The notes under the pieces were generated by a model. That model was not told the origin of the DNA and ran no database searches. It worked only from the letters and a program-made list of their open reading frames with translations. Positions 1 to 9,837 of a DNA stretch of 64,000 nt are shown here, piece by piece. The translations under genes were made by a program, and so were the position numbers. Origin of the DNA: an uncultured virus (IMG/VR IMGVR_UViG_3300010885_079087) (Duplodnaviria; Heunggongvirae; Uroviricota; Caudoviricetes); the IMG/VR virus record IMGVR_UViG_3300010885_079087; one strand, 5' to 3'. How positions within the stretch are numbered: the stretch's first letter is position 1; each line of letters starts with the position of its first letter.

Positions 1-239
1 ATTATTACTTGATTATTTTCAGTTTGTGGTTCAGAAGAATCAAAATCAATTTCATCAATCATATCTCTCATATCAATTATTTTACTGTTTAATGTATCAA
101 GTTTCGTATTAATTTGATGAAGAGGATGTACTTTTTTTGTTTTTTGTACATAGTTGTTTTGAGCTATGATAAAACGATCAATTATATCGGCTTCTTTATA
201 ATATCCTAATTCATCCAAAACATTAGCTTTATCAATCAT
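1..239 (-). CDS. Hypothetical protein, runs off the left end; carries the shared helical tag
   Basis: Manually translated: MIDKANVLDELGYYKEADIIDRFIIAQ..., open to the window edge; AAGGT SD-like sequence upstream. Confidence 0.7.
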   Translation of the reverse strand, partial: MIDKANVLDELGYYKEADIIDRFIIAQNNYVQKTKKVHPLHQINTKLDTLNSKIIDMRDMIDEIDFDSSEPQTENNQVI

Positions 240-241
240 TT

Positions 242-421
242 TTACCTTCGTATTCTAATTTTTGGAAATGCCGCTTGTGTTTCTGACTCAGGAGCATAAA
301 CAATCATATCAATTAATTCAGTGACTTTTTGCATAGTTTCAAAATCAGTGGGATCAATTTTCCCTCTTAATTCGTATATTTTATCAAGAACAGTGTCTCT
401 TTCAATTTTTATTAGGGACAT
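242..421 (-). CDS. Small hypothetical protein (59 aa)
   Basis: Manually translated MSLIKIERDTVLDKIYELRG...RIRR*; abuts the next minus-strand ORF. Confidence 0.55.
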   Translation of the reverse strand: MSLIKIERDTVLDKIYELRGKIDPTDFETMQKVTELIDMIVYAPESETQAAFPKIRIRR

Positions 422-438
422 ATTATCTATTTCAACTT

Positions 439-858
439 ATGAATAATTTTTCCTTGAATCAAGTAGTGAGATCAGAATCTGGATGGAGCTGTGTAGTATT
501 TGATTGCAATCAAATAAATCTGGGCAATGTTTATATAAACTTTGAGGATTTCAATAATATGCCAGTGGCCACTTTAGAAAATATTTCGTTTCGTGTGTAT
601 AGCAAATCCAAAAAAGTAGTGGTTTCATCAGTAGTTCCTGTAGAATTTGATTTTTGTGCGCTGGATTTCAATTATTCTATGTGGAAGTGTATACATTGCA
701 AAAAAATTAATCGAGTTTCTGATGCAAATTGCTTTTGCTCTACGTATAGTAATTGTTGGACTCCGATAAATGGCTCAATTTCGAGTGTAATTTTTTCAAA
801 TAAGTTTGAGTTCAAATACCATTTTGAGGACAATACGCTGTCAAATATAATTATATGA
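439..858 (+). CDS. Hypothetical protein with Cys cluster (possible Zn ribbon)
   Basis: WKCIHC...CFC motif; stop overlaps the next start. Confidence 0.5.
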   Translation: MNNFSLNQVVRSESGWSCVVFDCNQINLGNVYINFEDFNNMPVATLENISFRVYSKSKKVVVSSVVPVEFDFCALDFNYSMWKCIHCKKINRVSDANCFCSTYSNCWTPINGSISSVIFSNKFEFKYHFEDNTLSNIII

Positions 859-2126
859 AACGATATATCAAAAAAGTTACTCTAAAAAATTTTCAATCTT
901 ACAGTGACCACACTGTAGAATTCACTTCAGGTCTGAATGTGCTTGAGGGTACTTCAGACTCAGGTAAATCAGCTATTTTAAGAGCTATATCATTTGTGCT
1001 TCATAATTCCCCGAGAAAAGACTCGTTTATCCAGTTTGGAGCAACAGAAATGGCTGTAACTGTTGAATTTAGCGATGGAGTGAAAGTTACAAGGATTAAA
1101 GGCGAGAACAAAAATGCTGTTCACGCTATTGATGCAGAGGGCAAAGTTTATGAGAAAGAAAAATTTGACAAAGAATATTCTGATGACATAAAAGCATTGT
1201 TAGGCAATCCACCTAAAGATGATTACAATGGATTCATTTCTTATGCAGACCAATTTTCTCCATTGTTTTTGATTAATTTAAATCCTGCAGATTTACCTCG
1301 CGCATTGTCTAGCTTAACAGGTGTGCATTTTCTTGAGGATACCGCTAAATTGTTAATGCAAAATTATAAATCAATAGATAAACAAAATAAGCTTGATGAT
1401 AAGGACTGCAAAAATCTTCAACAAGAACTCGAAAATTATAATTTTGTCGACGAAGCTGATGTGAAATTACAGAAGGCACAAAAGTTGCTCGAAAAAATTG
1501 CGGAGCTGGAAGCAAGAAAAACAAATCTTGAAAAGTATTTACCTTATGTGACTATGTCCGTAAATGATGAAACACTTAGTAAATATGAGGCTGATTTGAA
1601 AAAGCTTAATGATGCCAAGGCCAAGTTGCAAATAATTTTAGAAACACAAAACAGAATTTCAAATCTTGAAAAATATGTAGAATTATCAAAAATCAAAACC
1701 ACTAATGAACTTGTCTCCGAATACCAAAGCATTCTGGATAAAGCTTCTGGAGCATCTAAGGTTTGTGAAGATATTGCTAAATTGATTGAAAAACAAAATA
1801 AGCTTCAGGTTTTCAAAATTATTTCTGAAACCCCATACAATGAAAACTATCAAAAAACTGTTCAATCTATTTATGATAAATCTATGGCGGCTAAAAATAC
1901 TCTTAACGAATTAGACAAGAAAATGTCACGATATGATTCTTTAAGTAAGTATTCTAAGCAAATTTCAGATTTAGATAAAAGCACACAATCAAACCAACAA
2001 GAATATGATTTAATCAAAACTAAATTAAATCAAGCTCAAACTGAGTTTGATAAGTACAAGCAATGGTTAATTGATGAAAAAATACAATGTGACAAATGCG
2101 GAAGCTTTGTAAACGAGGCAAAATAA
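855..2126 (+). CDS. Rad50/SbcC-like ATPase, N-terminal half (Walker A, coiled coil, Zn hook)
   Basis: IKKVTLKNFQS start, GTSDSGKS Walker A, Q-loop (ADQF), long coiled coil ending in CDKC; no Walker B. Confidence 0.85.
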   Translation: MKRYIKKVTLKNFQSYSDHTVEFTSGLNVLEGTSDSGKSAILRAISFVLHNSPRKDSFIQFGATEMAVTVEFSDGVKVTRIKGENKNAVHAIDAEGKVYEKEKFDKEYSDDIKALLGNPPKDDYNGFISYADQFSPLFLINLNPADLPRALSSLTGVHFLEDTAKLLMQNYKSIDKQNKLDDKDCKNLQQELENYNFVDEADVKLQKAQKLLEKIAELEARKTNLEKYLPYVTMSVNDETLSKYEADLKKLNDAKAKLQIILETQNRISNLEKYVELSKIKTTNELVSEYQSILDKASGASKVCEDIAKLIEKQNKLQVFKIISETPYNENYQKTVQSIYDKSMAAKNTLNELDKKMSRYDSLSKYSKQISDLDKSTQSNQQEYDLIKTKLNQAQTEFDKYKQWLIDEKIQCDKCGSFVNEAK

Positions 2127-2127
2127 T

Positions 2128-3087
2128 ATGGTAAAAAGATTTTTAATTATTGGTGATAATCACTTAGATTCTAATACTCCTGCAAGTAGACTAGATAATT
2201 ACATGGAAACATGTTTGCAAGAATTGCATGAAACTTTGCAAATTGCAAAGGCCAACAAGATTGATTATTATATTCTTTTGGGAGACATTTTCAATAGAAT
2301 TGATGTTGGTGGTGTGTGCAGAAATAGGGCACTTGAAATTTTAAGTAGCGATAATGGGGAGCCTTGGCCTTTTGAAAAATATCTTGTCATAGGTAATCAC
2401 GATATTGCTCATGACCCAGATTTGATGGAAAAATCATCTGCACAAGCTCTTGTATCAGCCGGCTGTGTTAAATTTGCTGATGGAATTGAAGGCATTCCTG
2501 TTAAATTTTGGCATTTCACACCTAAGCTTGACGAAAACTTAAAGTCAGGAGTGCTTGCAGATCATGATGAAAAAATTATGTTCATGCATGCCTCTATTAC
2601 AGATAGACCATTTGCATTTGACACCGTTTTGTTTGATGAACTAACAGTGAATCCTAACACAAAACTAATTTTCTCTGGGCATATTCATAAGAAAATGGAG
2701 GCAGAAAAAAATGGTGTAAAGTTCATCAATCCTGGTTCAGTGGGAAGGAATAGAATTTCAGATGATTATTCTAAGACCAAGGTTAGTGTGGTAGGGTTAC
2801 AATATGACTTTAGCAATGATGAATACAAGACCAAAGTTTTTGAGCTAAAAAGCTCATTGCCATACGATGTGGTTTTTGATGTGGAAGCTAGTAAAAGCAA
2901 GAAAATTGAAAACAAAAACACAGAAAAATATCTGCAAACAATTACAGCAGGTTCAGTGGAAGATAAAATTTCAGGAAATATCACAGATGACCTAATTTTA
3001 TTTGCTGAGAATCGTAATATATTAAAAGAAGTGACAGACATGGCGGTAATGTCAATCAACATTATTCAGTCTGGTGGAGAATTATGA
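2128..3087 (+). CDS. sbcD: Mre11/SbcD-like metallophosphoesterase nuclease
   Basis: GDNH, LGDIF, GNHD, MH, SGHIH, NPGS motifs. Confidence 0.9.
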   Translation: MVKRFLIIGDNHLDSNTPASRLDNYMETCLQELHETLQIAKANKIDYYILLGDIFNRIDVGGVCRNRALEILSSDNGEPWPFEKYLVIGNHDIAHDPDLMEKSSAQALVSAGCVKFADGIEGIPVKFWHFTPKLDENLKSGVLADHDEKIMFMHASITDRPFAFDTVLFDELTVNPNTKLIFSGHIHKKMEAEKNGVKFINPGSVGRNRISDDYSKTKVSVVGLQYDFSNDEYKTKVFELKSSLPYDVVFDVEASKSKKIENKNTEKYLQTITAGSVEDKISGNITDDLILFAENRNILKEVTDMAVMSINIIQSGGEL

Positions 3088-3347
3088 ACTATCAAGAACA
3101 ATATAAAAAACTAGAAACACAAGTATCGACAGTAAATGCTCAAGCAATTGCAAAACTTCAAACAGTTAAAGATGAACTTGAGCGCAAGAAAAAGGCTGAG
3201 GACGAAATTAAAAAAACACTAGGTATTTCTTTGTCAGAAGTGGCTTCTGAAATTGAAAAAGCAGACCAAGAAATTCAAGACCTGTGTCAATCCGTAGAAG
3301 ATATTTTGAAGGAAATTAAAGATGACATCTCAACAATTAAGCAATAA
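3084..3347 (+). CDS. Small coiled-coil protein, possibly part of the split SbcC
   Basis: Heptad-rich 87 aa ORF coupled between sbcD and the SbcC C-half. Confidence 0.6.
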   Translation: MNYQEQYKKLETQVSTVNAQAIAKLQTVKDELERKKKAEDEIKKTLGISLSEVASEIEKADQEIQDLCQSVEDILKEIKDDISTIKQ

Positions 3348-3987
3348 TCTTTCAGAATTAAAAATAAGTATAGCTTCTGCCAAAGGAGTGAAGCAAAGAA
3401 TTACTGAACAAATTTCAACTTTACAGGAAAAGATTGAGAAGTGCAATCATGATGTAAAAATCAAAAAAGAAGCACACTTATTGATGCTTGCCTTTATTGC
3501 TCACCGAAGAGAAGCTGCAATTGCAACAATCGAAGAGACAGGCACTTATGGCTTGAGAGCTATCTATAATGATGACAGAAAATTGGTATTCATTACTAAT
3601 GAAGAAAAGAAGAGCACTGCAGCTTTCAAAATGGAAGTGGGCATTGAGTCAAACTTAAATGGTAAAAGAATTCTTACGGGAATTTTGGATGAACGAGGTG
3701 GAGGCTTAGCTGAAACATCCTCATTTTCTTTGCGTAAAGCGGCATTAGAGTGGTCTGGTTATTTAGGGCCACTGATTATTGATGAAGCCTGGAAATCTCT
3801 TTCTGACGACGAAAAAATAGAACAAATGGCAGAGTTGCTTTCAGAATATGTAAAAGTATCTGGAAGACAAGTTATTTTCTCTACTCACAAATTAGATGTT
3901 TTTGGAAAATTTGCTGATAACATCATTCACGTAAGGCAAGAATCTGGTTTGTCTTACACCTATAATACTCATGGACAAGAAATTTGA
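3322..3987 (+). CDS. Rad50/SbcC-like ATPase, C-terminal half
   Basis: Signature-like RGGG, Walker B LIIDE, D-loop region SLSDD, H-loop STH. Confidence 0.85.
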   Translation: MTSQQLSNNLSELKISIASAKGVKQRITEQISTLQEKIEKCNHDVKIKKEAHLLMLAFIAHRREAAIATIEETGTYGLRAIYNDDRKLVFITNEEKKSTAAFKMEVGIESNLNGKRILTGILDERGGGLAETSSFSLRKAALEWSGYLGPLIIDEAWKSLSDDEKIEQMAELLSEYVKVSGRQVIFSTHKLDVFGKFADNIIHVRQESGLSYTYNTHGQEI

Positions 3988-4654
3988 AAAAGATTTAATA
4001 AATGTTTTAAATAACTGGCACATTAACTTAACTCCAGTAAGTGAAAGTGATATTCAAAAGTACAAGTATTCTAAAAACAAATTTAGAAACTTGTACTTAG
4101 TAAAGACAGGGCAGTTTTTAAAAATTACCCAATTGTGCGAAACTGTATGCTTCAATAGAATTTGTGATCAGTTGAGCAAAAATTATTTTTTCACGGAAGA
4201 TCTTTTAAACGAATACCTTGAGTGGTGCTTCACTAATTATGATTTTTTCTTAAGAAAATACAATCAATTTACTTTGAATGACGTAGTAAAGTTTTCAGGT
4301 CAATGGTCTAGAGATTTTTTAGATTTTGAATTTGAATCCAAAACAATTTATGAAGATTTGGCTAATATAAATGTACAAAGTGGTATTTTTTTGGCGTTTG
4401 AGACTTATGGTATTCCTTTTGCAGCAACCAAACTAGCAGAAGAGAAAAGTACATCAGGGTCTGTTTTGTGTCCGAAGGTGATGACAAAACTCAAAGAGTT
4501 AACAACAAGTGCTGATAATTTATCGCGTTTGAAAAATATGTTACGTGTAACAGTAGAAAATGGGCCCTATTCCTCAGAAATATTATTCAATGATTACAAA
4601 AACTCTCTGTCAGAGTTTTTTCTTTATTTTAAAAACGAACCTTGGTGTCCTTAA
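3971..4654 (+). CDS. Hypothetical protein
   Basis: 227 aa ORF overlapping both neighbours. Confidence 0.6.
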   Translation: MDKKFEKDLINVLNNWHINLTPVSESDIQKYKYSKNKFRNLYLVKTGQFLKITQLCETVCFNRICDQLSKNYFFTEDLLNEYLEWCFTNYDFFLRKYNQFTLNDVVKFSGQWSRDFLDFEFESKTIYEDLANINVQSGIFLAFETYGIPFAATKLAEEKSTSGSVLCPKVMTKLKELTTSADNLSRLKNMLRVTVENGPYSSEILFNDYKNSLSEFFLYFKNEPWCP

Positions 4655-6267
4655 TGCGAAAATCTGAAGAATATAAATTAGAACTTGAAAATCAAATAAA
4701 ATCAAACCGTTCATTAATTTATATTACAACACATGAAGAGCACAGAGTAGATGAAGCAATACAGTCAATTGCTTGTGAAAAACACAATGATAAACCATGG
4801 TCATATGTTTTCTGGGATATTGCTTCAGGTGGGCTATCAAACACTGATCATTTCAAAAAAAATAACAACTTTGATCAATCAGATATTTTAAATTGGTTCA
4901 ATGATTTAATTGTTGAGAAAGACGATTACTATATTTTGGTGTTACATGATTTTTATAAATTTTTAGCTCCTGATGGCCATCCTGGACAAATGGAAATCAC
5001 AGTAATTAGAGCCTTGAAAAATCTAATTGAAAAATGTAATTTTGAAAGAAAGTGTGTAATTCTTACTGGAGCTAAATATTATCTGCCTATAGAGTTTGAA
5101 AAACTTGTGTGCTTGATAGATTGGCCTTTACCTGAGAAAGAATTAATTCATGAAAAAGTAACTAATCTGATTTCGGTAACTAAAAGAAAAAACGAATTCA
5201 AACATTTTAGATCAGAATATACTACGGAAGAAATACAAAACATAACAAGAGCATTTCAGGGTCTTTCTTTGCGTGAAATAGAAATGATTTGCACCTATTT
5301 TATTTTAACTGACAATGAATTCAATCCACAGAAAATAGCTTCAAAAAAGCAAGACATTATCAAACAATCTGGAATTTTGGAATGGATTGAACTTGAATAT
5401 GATTTAACAAAACTGGGTGGTTTGGCAAATTTAAAAAGCTGGTTAGAAAAAAGAAAGAATGCTTTCTCAGAAAGTGCTAAAAATTATGGTCTCCCTGAAA
5501 ACCCTAAGGGATTAATGATTGCTGGAGTGCAAGGGGCTGGTAAAAGCAGAGCAAGTAAAGCAATTGCGTCTTTCTGGTCTTTACCTTTACTTAGACTTGA
5601 TGTGGGCAGAGTTTTTAGTGGAATAGTGGGCAGCTCTGAAGAAAACCTTCGATCTGTTATCAAGACAGCTGAGTCAGTGGCACCATGCATTATGTGGTGC
5701 GATGAAATTGATAAAGCTTTTTCTTCCACAAATTATTCTGCAGATTCCGGAACCTCTTCTAGAATTTTTGGAACATTTCTTACTTGGATGCAAGAAAAAA
5801 AAGCCCCTGTTTTTGTTGTTGCTACAGCCAATGTAGTTTCTAATTTACCACCAGAATTAATTAGAAAAGGAAGATTTGATGATATTTTCTTTGTTGATTT
5901 GCCAGATAAAGATGAACGAAAAGAGATTTGGAACATACATTTAGAGCAGAGAAATTTTATACCATCTTCTTTTGACATGAATGTATTGATCAAAGAATCA
6001 GAGGGTTTTACTGGAGCAGAAATAGAAGCTGCGATAATTTCTGCAATGTATGAAGGTTTTTCAGACAACCAAAGACTCATAAATACCGTAGATATTATCA
6101 AGGAGTTAAAAGAATCAGTGCCTATTTATGTCACAATGAAAGAAAAGATAGAAGAACTTAGAGAATGGGCTGACAAAAGAGCCAGAAATGCTTCAAAATC
6201 GCGCAATCCAGTTACTCTTGGCTATCACACAAAACAAACAAATAAAGAGGAAGATGAAGAATTATGA
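4642..6267 (+). CDS. AAA+ ATPase, Ycf46/SpoVK-like
   Basis: Degenerate N-terminal AAA domain, GVQGAGKS, MWCDEIDK, VATAN, LPPELIRKGRFD, GFTGAEIE. Confidence 0.85.
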   Translation: MVSLMRKSEEYKLELENQIKSNRSLIYITTHEEHRVDEAIQSIACEKHNDKPWSYVFWDIASGGLSNTDHFKKNNNFDQSDILNWFNDLIVEKDDYYILVLHDFYKFLAPDGHPGQMEITVIRALKNLIEKCNFERKCVILTGAKYYLPIEFEKLVCLIDWPLPEKELIHEKVTNLISVTKRKNEFKHFRSEYTTEEIQNITRAFQGLSLREIEMICTYFILTDNEFNPQKIASKKQDIIKQSGILEWIELEYDLTKLGGLANLKSWLEKRKNAFSESAKNYGLPENPKGLMIAGVQGAGKSRASKAIASFWSLPLLRLDVGRVFSGIVGSSEENLRSVIKTAESVAPCIMWCDEIDKAFSSTNYSADSGTSSRIFGTFLTWMQEKKAPVFVVATANVVSNLPPELIRKGRFDDIFFVDLPDKDERKEIWNIHLEQRNFIPSSFDMNVLIKESEGFTGAEIEAAIISAMYEGFSDNQRLINTVDIIKELKESVPIYVTMKEKIEELREWADKRARNASKSRNPVTLGYHTKQTNKEEDEEL

Positions 6268-6980
6268 TTTCGACAAATATAGACAATGAGATTAAAGAAT
6301 TAAATTTAGACACACAATTAAAAGAGTTATTTAGTAATGCTGGCATACCAGTAAAGTATCATTTCAAAACTCTTACTACAGATTGGTCTAAATTATATTC
6401 ACCTTCAGGAGCATTAACAGGATTATCTAAAAAAAGGTCTGAAGATGTTTACAATTTTGTTGCAGCTTACATGAAAGCTATTCCAAATATTATTTCAGGA
6501 AAACCTTTAAAAGTAAAAACTCCTAAAGCTATACATATGGTTTCTGACCTTATATTTGACGGCTCAAAGAGCTCAGGAAAGACTTTGCTTATGTCTCTTA
6601 TTGCTCAAGAGGCAATTAAAAAAGGATGTAAAGTTGCTTACATTGAGTGGACTGAGTACAGTGATCGTTTTATGTCTTTTGAGCAAAGGTCTGCAAATGA
6701 AGACTATTACAATACCTGTTTAGAGTCAGATTTTTTATTTATCGACAATTTTTACAACTATGAAACTTCATATAGCAAATTTTTTATCATGCAGTTTGAT
6801 AGACTTATCACACACAGAGTAAATAAAGGCAAAATTACCGTTTGCTCTATTGATACAGCGGGAAGCGAAAACCCAGTGTTAGGGTTCTCTTGGAATAAAT
6901 TTTCAAGAGAAACATTTACTTTTAAATTACCAGGAACAGAATTGAATAATGAAAATAAATCAAAAAGAACTAGAGCTTAA
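6264..6980 (+). CDS. DnaC/IstB-like helicase loader ATPase
   Basis: AGIPVKY, GSKSSGKT Walker A, FLFID, LITHR; directly upstream of DnaB. Confidence 0.7.
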   Translation: MISTNIDNEIKELNLDTQLKELFSNAGIPVKYHFKTLTTDWSKLYSPSGALTGLSKKRSEDVYNFVAAYMKAIPNIISGKPLKVKTPKAIHMVSDLIFDGSKSSGKTLLMSLIAQEAIKKGCKVAYIEWTEYSDRFMSFEQRSANEDYYNTCLESDFLFIDNFYNYETSYSKFFIMQFDRLITHRVNKGKITVCSIDTAGSENPVLGFSWNKFSRETFTFKLPGTELNNENKSKRTRA

Positions 6981-8442
6981 AATACTTAAAGGGCTTGTGA
7001 CTTTAGAGTCCGGCTTTGATATGGCAACAGAAAGAGGTCTAGACGAAAGACATTTTATGTCAAAAAGTCCAGGCTCTACAAAAGCAATTACAGGCAAATT
7101 CTACAAGCTTGCCTTACAATATTATCGTGAAAGTGGAGGATATCTGCTTACTGAGACAGTCATTGAGAGCAAACTTTCGCAAAAAGGTTTGAAAGCACAA
7201 ACACAGGCGAAATTTATGGACTTGTGGAATGAGGTAATTCAAGAGGAATGTGAAAAAAACGATTTTCCCCATCTTTTGCTTTTACTCAAAGACAGATATT
7301 GCATCAAGCTTCAATCTGATACTGTAGAAAAACTAGCTGACTATGTAAAAAACGATCAAGTAGATGAATGTATTTTAGCTTTGACCGATTGTGTCAGCAA
7401 AATGTATGAAGAAAAAGAAGAGTTTGCCAACGACAAAGTAAATTTTGACATGGCTGAAGCCGATACATTTTTCTTTAAAGAGTATGATGAAAGGGCTTTG
7501 AATCCTGACCAATACAAAGGTATCGATAGTGGTCTAGCGCCTCTCGATGAAAAAACTCTTGGATTTGCGCCTTCACAGGTAATTGTATTCTTGGCTCCAT
7601 CTTCAGGTGGTAAGTCTGTTCAATTATTGAATATTGCTGACCATGCACATCGTGTGGTTAACAAAAATATTATGTACTTCTCGTTTGAAATGTCTGCTTG
7701 GTTATGTAAATTACGACATGCTTCTTTAATTAGTGAAGTGGACTATCATAAGCTTAAGGGCACTGCTTTAACTCCAGCTGAAAGAATAAGAGTAGAAAGT
7801 GCTTTTAGTAAAATCAAAAACGGAAAGTACTTTGAATATATTGAGGCAATTGATGATCCCACTCCTGAATTTATTGAATCAAAAATTAAAGAAATTACTC
7901 TGGAAAAAGCTAAGCCAGATTTAATTGTAGTGGACTATATTGGAAATATGCACTCACGTTTTTCTAGTAAGACAGCAAAATATTGGGAAAAGAATGGTGA
8001 TGCTTTGGTTGGATTACATAGACTTGCTAAAAAATACAATCTCCCAATTCTTACTGCTCAGCAGTTTAACGCTGATTCAATTAAGGAAAACAGAAAGAAA
8101 AAAGAACAAGGCAAAGCTGCAGCTTTTTATCAAGATGCGGCAGCTGGTGACAAACGACTTGTTCACTATGCCACTTATATTATTGGCATGGATCCAGATA
8201 AAGATAATAATACATGCTGGTATCATCCTGTTAAAATGCGAGACACCTGGTTTCAGCCTTTTGCCACAAAATGGATTCCTGAATACAACAAGATTGAGTG
8301 CCTCAATGAAAGTGATCAAGCAAAACTTTCAACTATTAAATCATCAGAAATGGGATCTGAATATGCAAAAGAATATGCAAAGTTTGCTCATGATGTAGAA
8401 GAAGTGGAGGTAAGTTTGTCGGGATGGGGCGATGATTTCTAA
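6949..8442 (+). CDS. dnaB: DnaB-like replicative helicase
   Basis: GIDSG..LD, APSSGGKS, FSFEM, IVVDY, LTAQQ, KMR motifs. Confidence 0.9.
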   Translation: MKINQKELELKILKGLVTLESGFDMATERGLDERHFMSKSPGSTKAITGKFYKLALQYYRESGGYLLTETVIESKLSQKGLKAQTQAKFMDLWNEVIQEECEKNDFPHLLLLLKDRYCIKLQSDTVEKLADYVKNDQVDECILALTDCVSKMYEEKEEFANDKVNFDMAEADTFFFKEYDERALNPDQYKGIDSGLAPLDEKTLGFAPSQVIVFLAPSSGGKSVQLLNIADHAHRVVNKNIMYFSFEMSAWLCKLRHASLISEVDYHKLKGTALTPAERIRVESAFSKIKNGKYFEYIEAIDDPTPEFIESKIKEITLEKAKPDLIVVDYIGNMHSRFSSKTAKYWEKNGDALVGLHRLAKKYNLPILTAQQFNADSIKENRKKKEQGKAAAFYQDAAAGDKRLVHYATYIIGMDPDKDNNTCWYHPVKMRDTWFQPFATKWIPEYNKIECLNESDQAKLSTIKSSEMGSEYAKEYAKFAHDVEEVEVSLSGWGDDF

Positions 8443-8959
8443 TTTAGATTTTGAAGAGATTAATTTAATGTTTCATGCCGATAAATGGCTTGAGGAAAAT
8501 TATGCTTGTGAATTTTATGAATCTGGCTCAGGGTTCTTAAATTGCAGTTGCCCATTTGATGACCACAATGATGCAAATCCTTCATTTGGATTAAATGCTG
8601 AAAAAGGTTTTTTCAAATGTTTTGGATGTGGACGAGAGGGATCATTAATCAAGCTTGTTTCTTTGTTACAAAAAGTAGAAATTGCACAAGCCATAAAAAT
8701 CATTGCTCTTTATGAAAATTTTGATCTCGAAATGATTGATTCATTCGATATGAAATATCAAAAATTCAAAAAAGCACTAGAACATGTTGATGAATCTTAT
8801 AACAAAAAACAGAGATTAGAAAAGAAAGCCATTTCAATCATTAAAGCTGTCATGAAAAAAGATTTTGAAAAAGCAGATAACATGTTCAAAAAACTTGATA
8901 TTTTGCTTGCTGACAATAATATAAATAGTATAAAGGAATACATAAATGAAATTAAATGA
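8432..8959 (+). CDS. Stand-alone CHC2 zinc-finger (primase zinc-binding domain) protein
   Basis: CPFDDHNDANPSF...FKCFGC; no TOPRIM domain. Confidence 0.85.
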   Translation: MISNLDFEEINLMFHADKWLEENYACEFYESGSGFLNCSCPFDDHNDANPSFGLNAEKGFFKCFGCGREGSLIKLVSLLQKVEIAQAIKIIALYENFDLEMIDSFDMKYQKFKKALEHVDESYNKKQRLEKKAISIIKAVMKKDFEKADNMFKKLDILLADNNINSIKEYINEIK

Positions 8960-9236
8960 CCCACTTAATACAGTGATTATTTCTCCAGAAAAACTGAAAA
9001 TTGTCACGGAGAAAATTGATAAATTGACAAAAAATCCACCTAGCATGGTTTGTGTAAATGTGATTTTAAATGGTGAATTTGCACTGAAATATATGATTTG
9101 CAAAGAAATTATGGCTACCGTAGACATTACAGATCAAGATTCAGATTGGTATTTACTGTGCGCAGGTATTGAAAGTGAATTAAAGAAATTGAGCGTAATT
9201 GGGGTGGCAAATGAAGAATCAAATGAAATTCAATAA
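8946..9236 (+). CDS. Hypothetical protein
   Basis: Overlaps both neighbours in operon. Confidence 0.5.
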   Translation: MKLNDPLNTVIISPEKLKIVTEKIDKLTKNPPSMVCVNVILNGEFALKYMICKEIMATVDITDQDSDWYLLCAGIESELKKLSVIGVANEESNEIQ

Positions 9237-9819
9237 TGAAATTGCAAAGTTTTCTCTTTATCACAATTTACATGTTGAGTATTTAATTTGGATTTATTTA
9301 AAAAGCTGCAAACACAAATCTTACTACACAAAAGAAGATTTGCGTGAATTGCCTATCACGCAATCTTTGCTTTGCAGCAAGCTTAAAAATAACAATTTCT
9401 ATAATTACAATAATGATAAAATTTATCTTAAAAGTGTTTCATCATTACCTGTGAAGAGAGGCAAAATTCATAATACTCTTGATTCTAAAGAAATGTTACT
9501 GATGATGCATAGCTTAAATGCACCTACGGAAAAGAAAAAAACAAATTGGAGTGCAACGAAAATCAAAAAACTAATGTTGTCAATAGTTGCTTGCCAATAT
9601 GGAGAGTACAGGCCATATGCTTTATCATTAATTTCTAAAGACACGAACTGTTCAGAAGCAACAATTAAAAGAGCTTTAAGTAGCCTTTATGTTGAAAAAA
9701 AAAGAACTGAACAACAAGAAAAGTCAAATTGTTTTTTTCATCAAGACCAAAAACGAGTGTATATTAGCGCAAATTACAATGTTTTGAATATTGGCAAAAA
9801 ATATATTAAAAAATCGTGA
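9199..9819 (+). CDS. Putative HTH DNA-binding protein
   Basis: LSLISKDTNCSEATIKRAL resembles an HTH; basic. Confidence 0.5.
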   Translation: MGWQMKNQMKFNNEIAKFSLYHNLHVEYLIWIYLKSCKHKSYYTKEDLRELPITQSLLCSKLKNNNFYNYNNDKIYLKSVSSLPVKRGKIHNTLDSKEMLLMMHSLNAPTEKKKTNWSATKIKKLMLSIVACQYGEYRPYALSLISKDTNCSEATIKRALSSLYVEKKRTEQQEKSNCFFHQDQKRVYISANYNVLNIGKKYIKKS

Positions 9820-9837
9820 AATGTCGTACAAAAAAGT

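Noticed and set aside
3300..3347. Programmed frameshift joining the coiled-coil ORF to the SbcC C-half
   Set aside because: No clear slippery heptamer; the downstream ATG has its own AAGGA SD
7940..8398. Overlapping +strand 152-aa ORF inside dnaB
   Set aside because: TTG start, no SD, no recognisable motif; shadow frame
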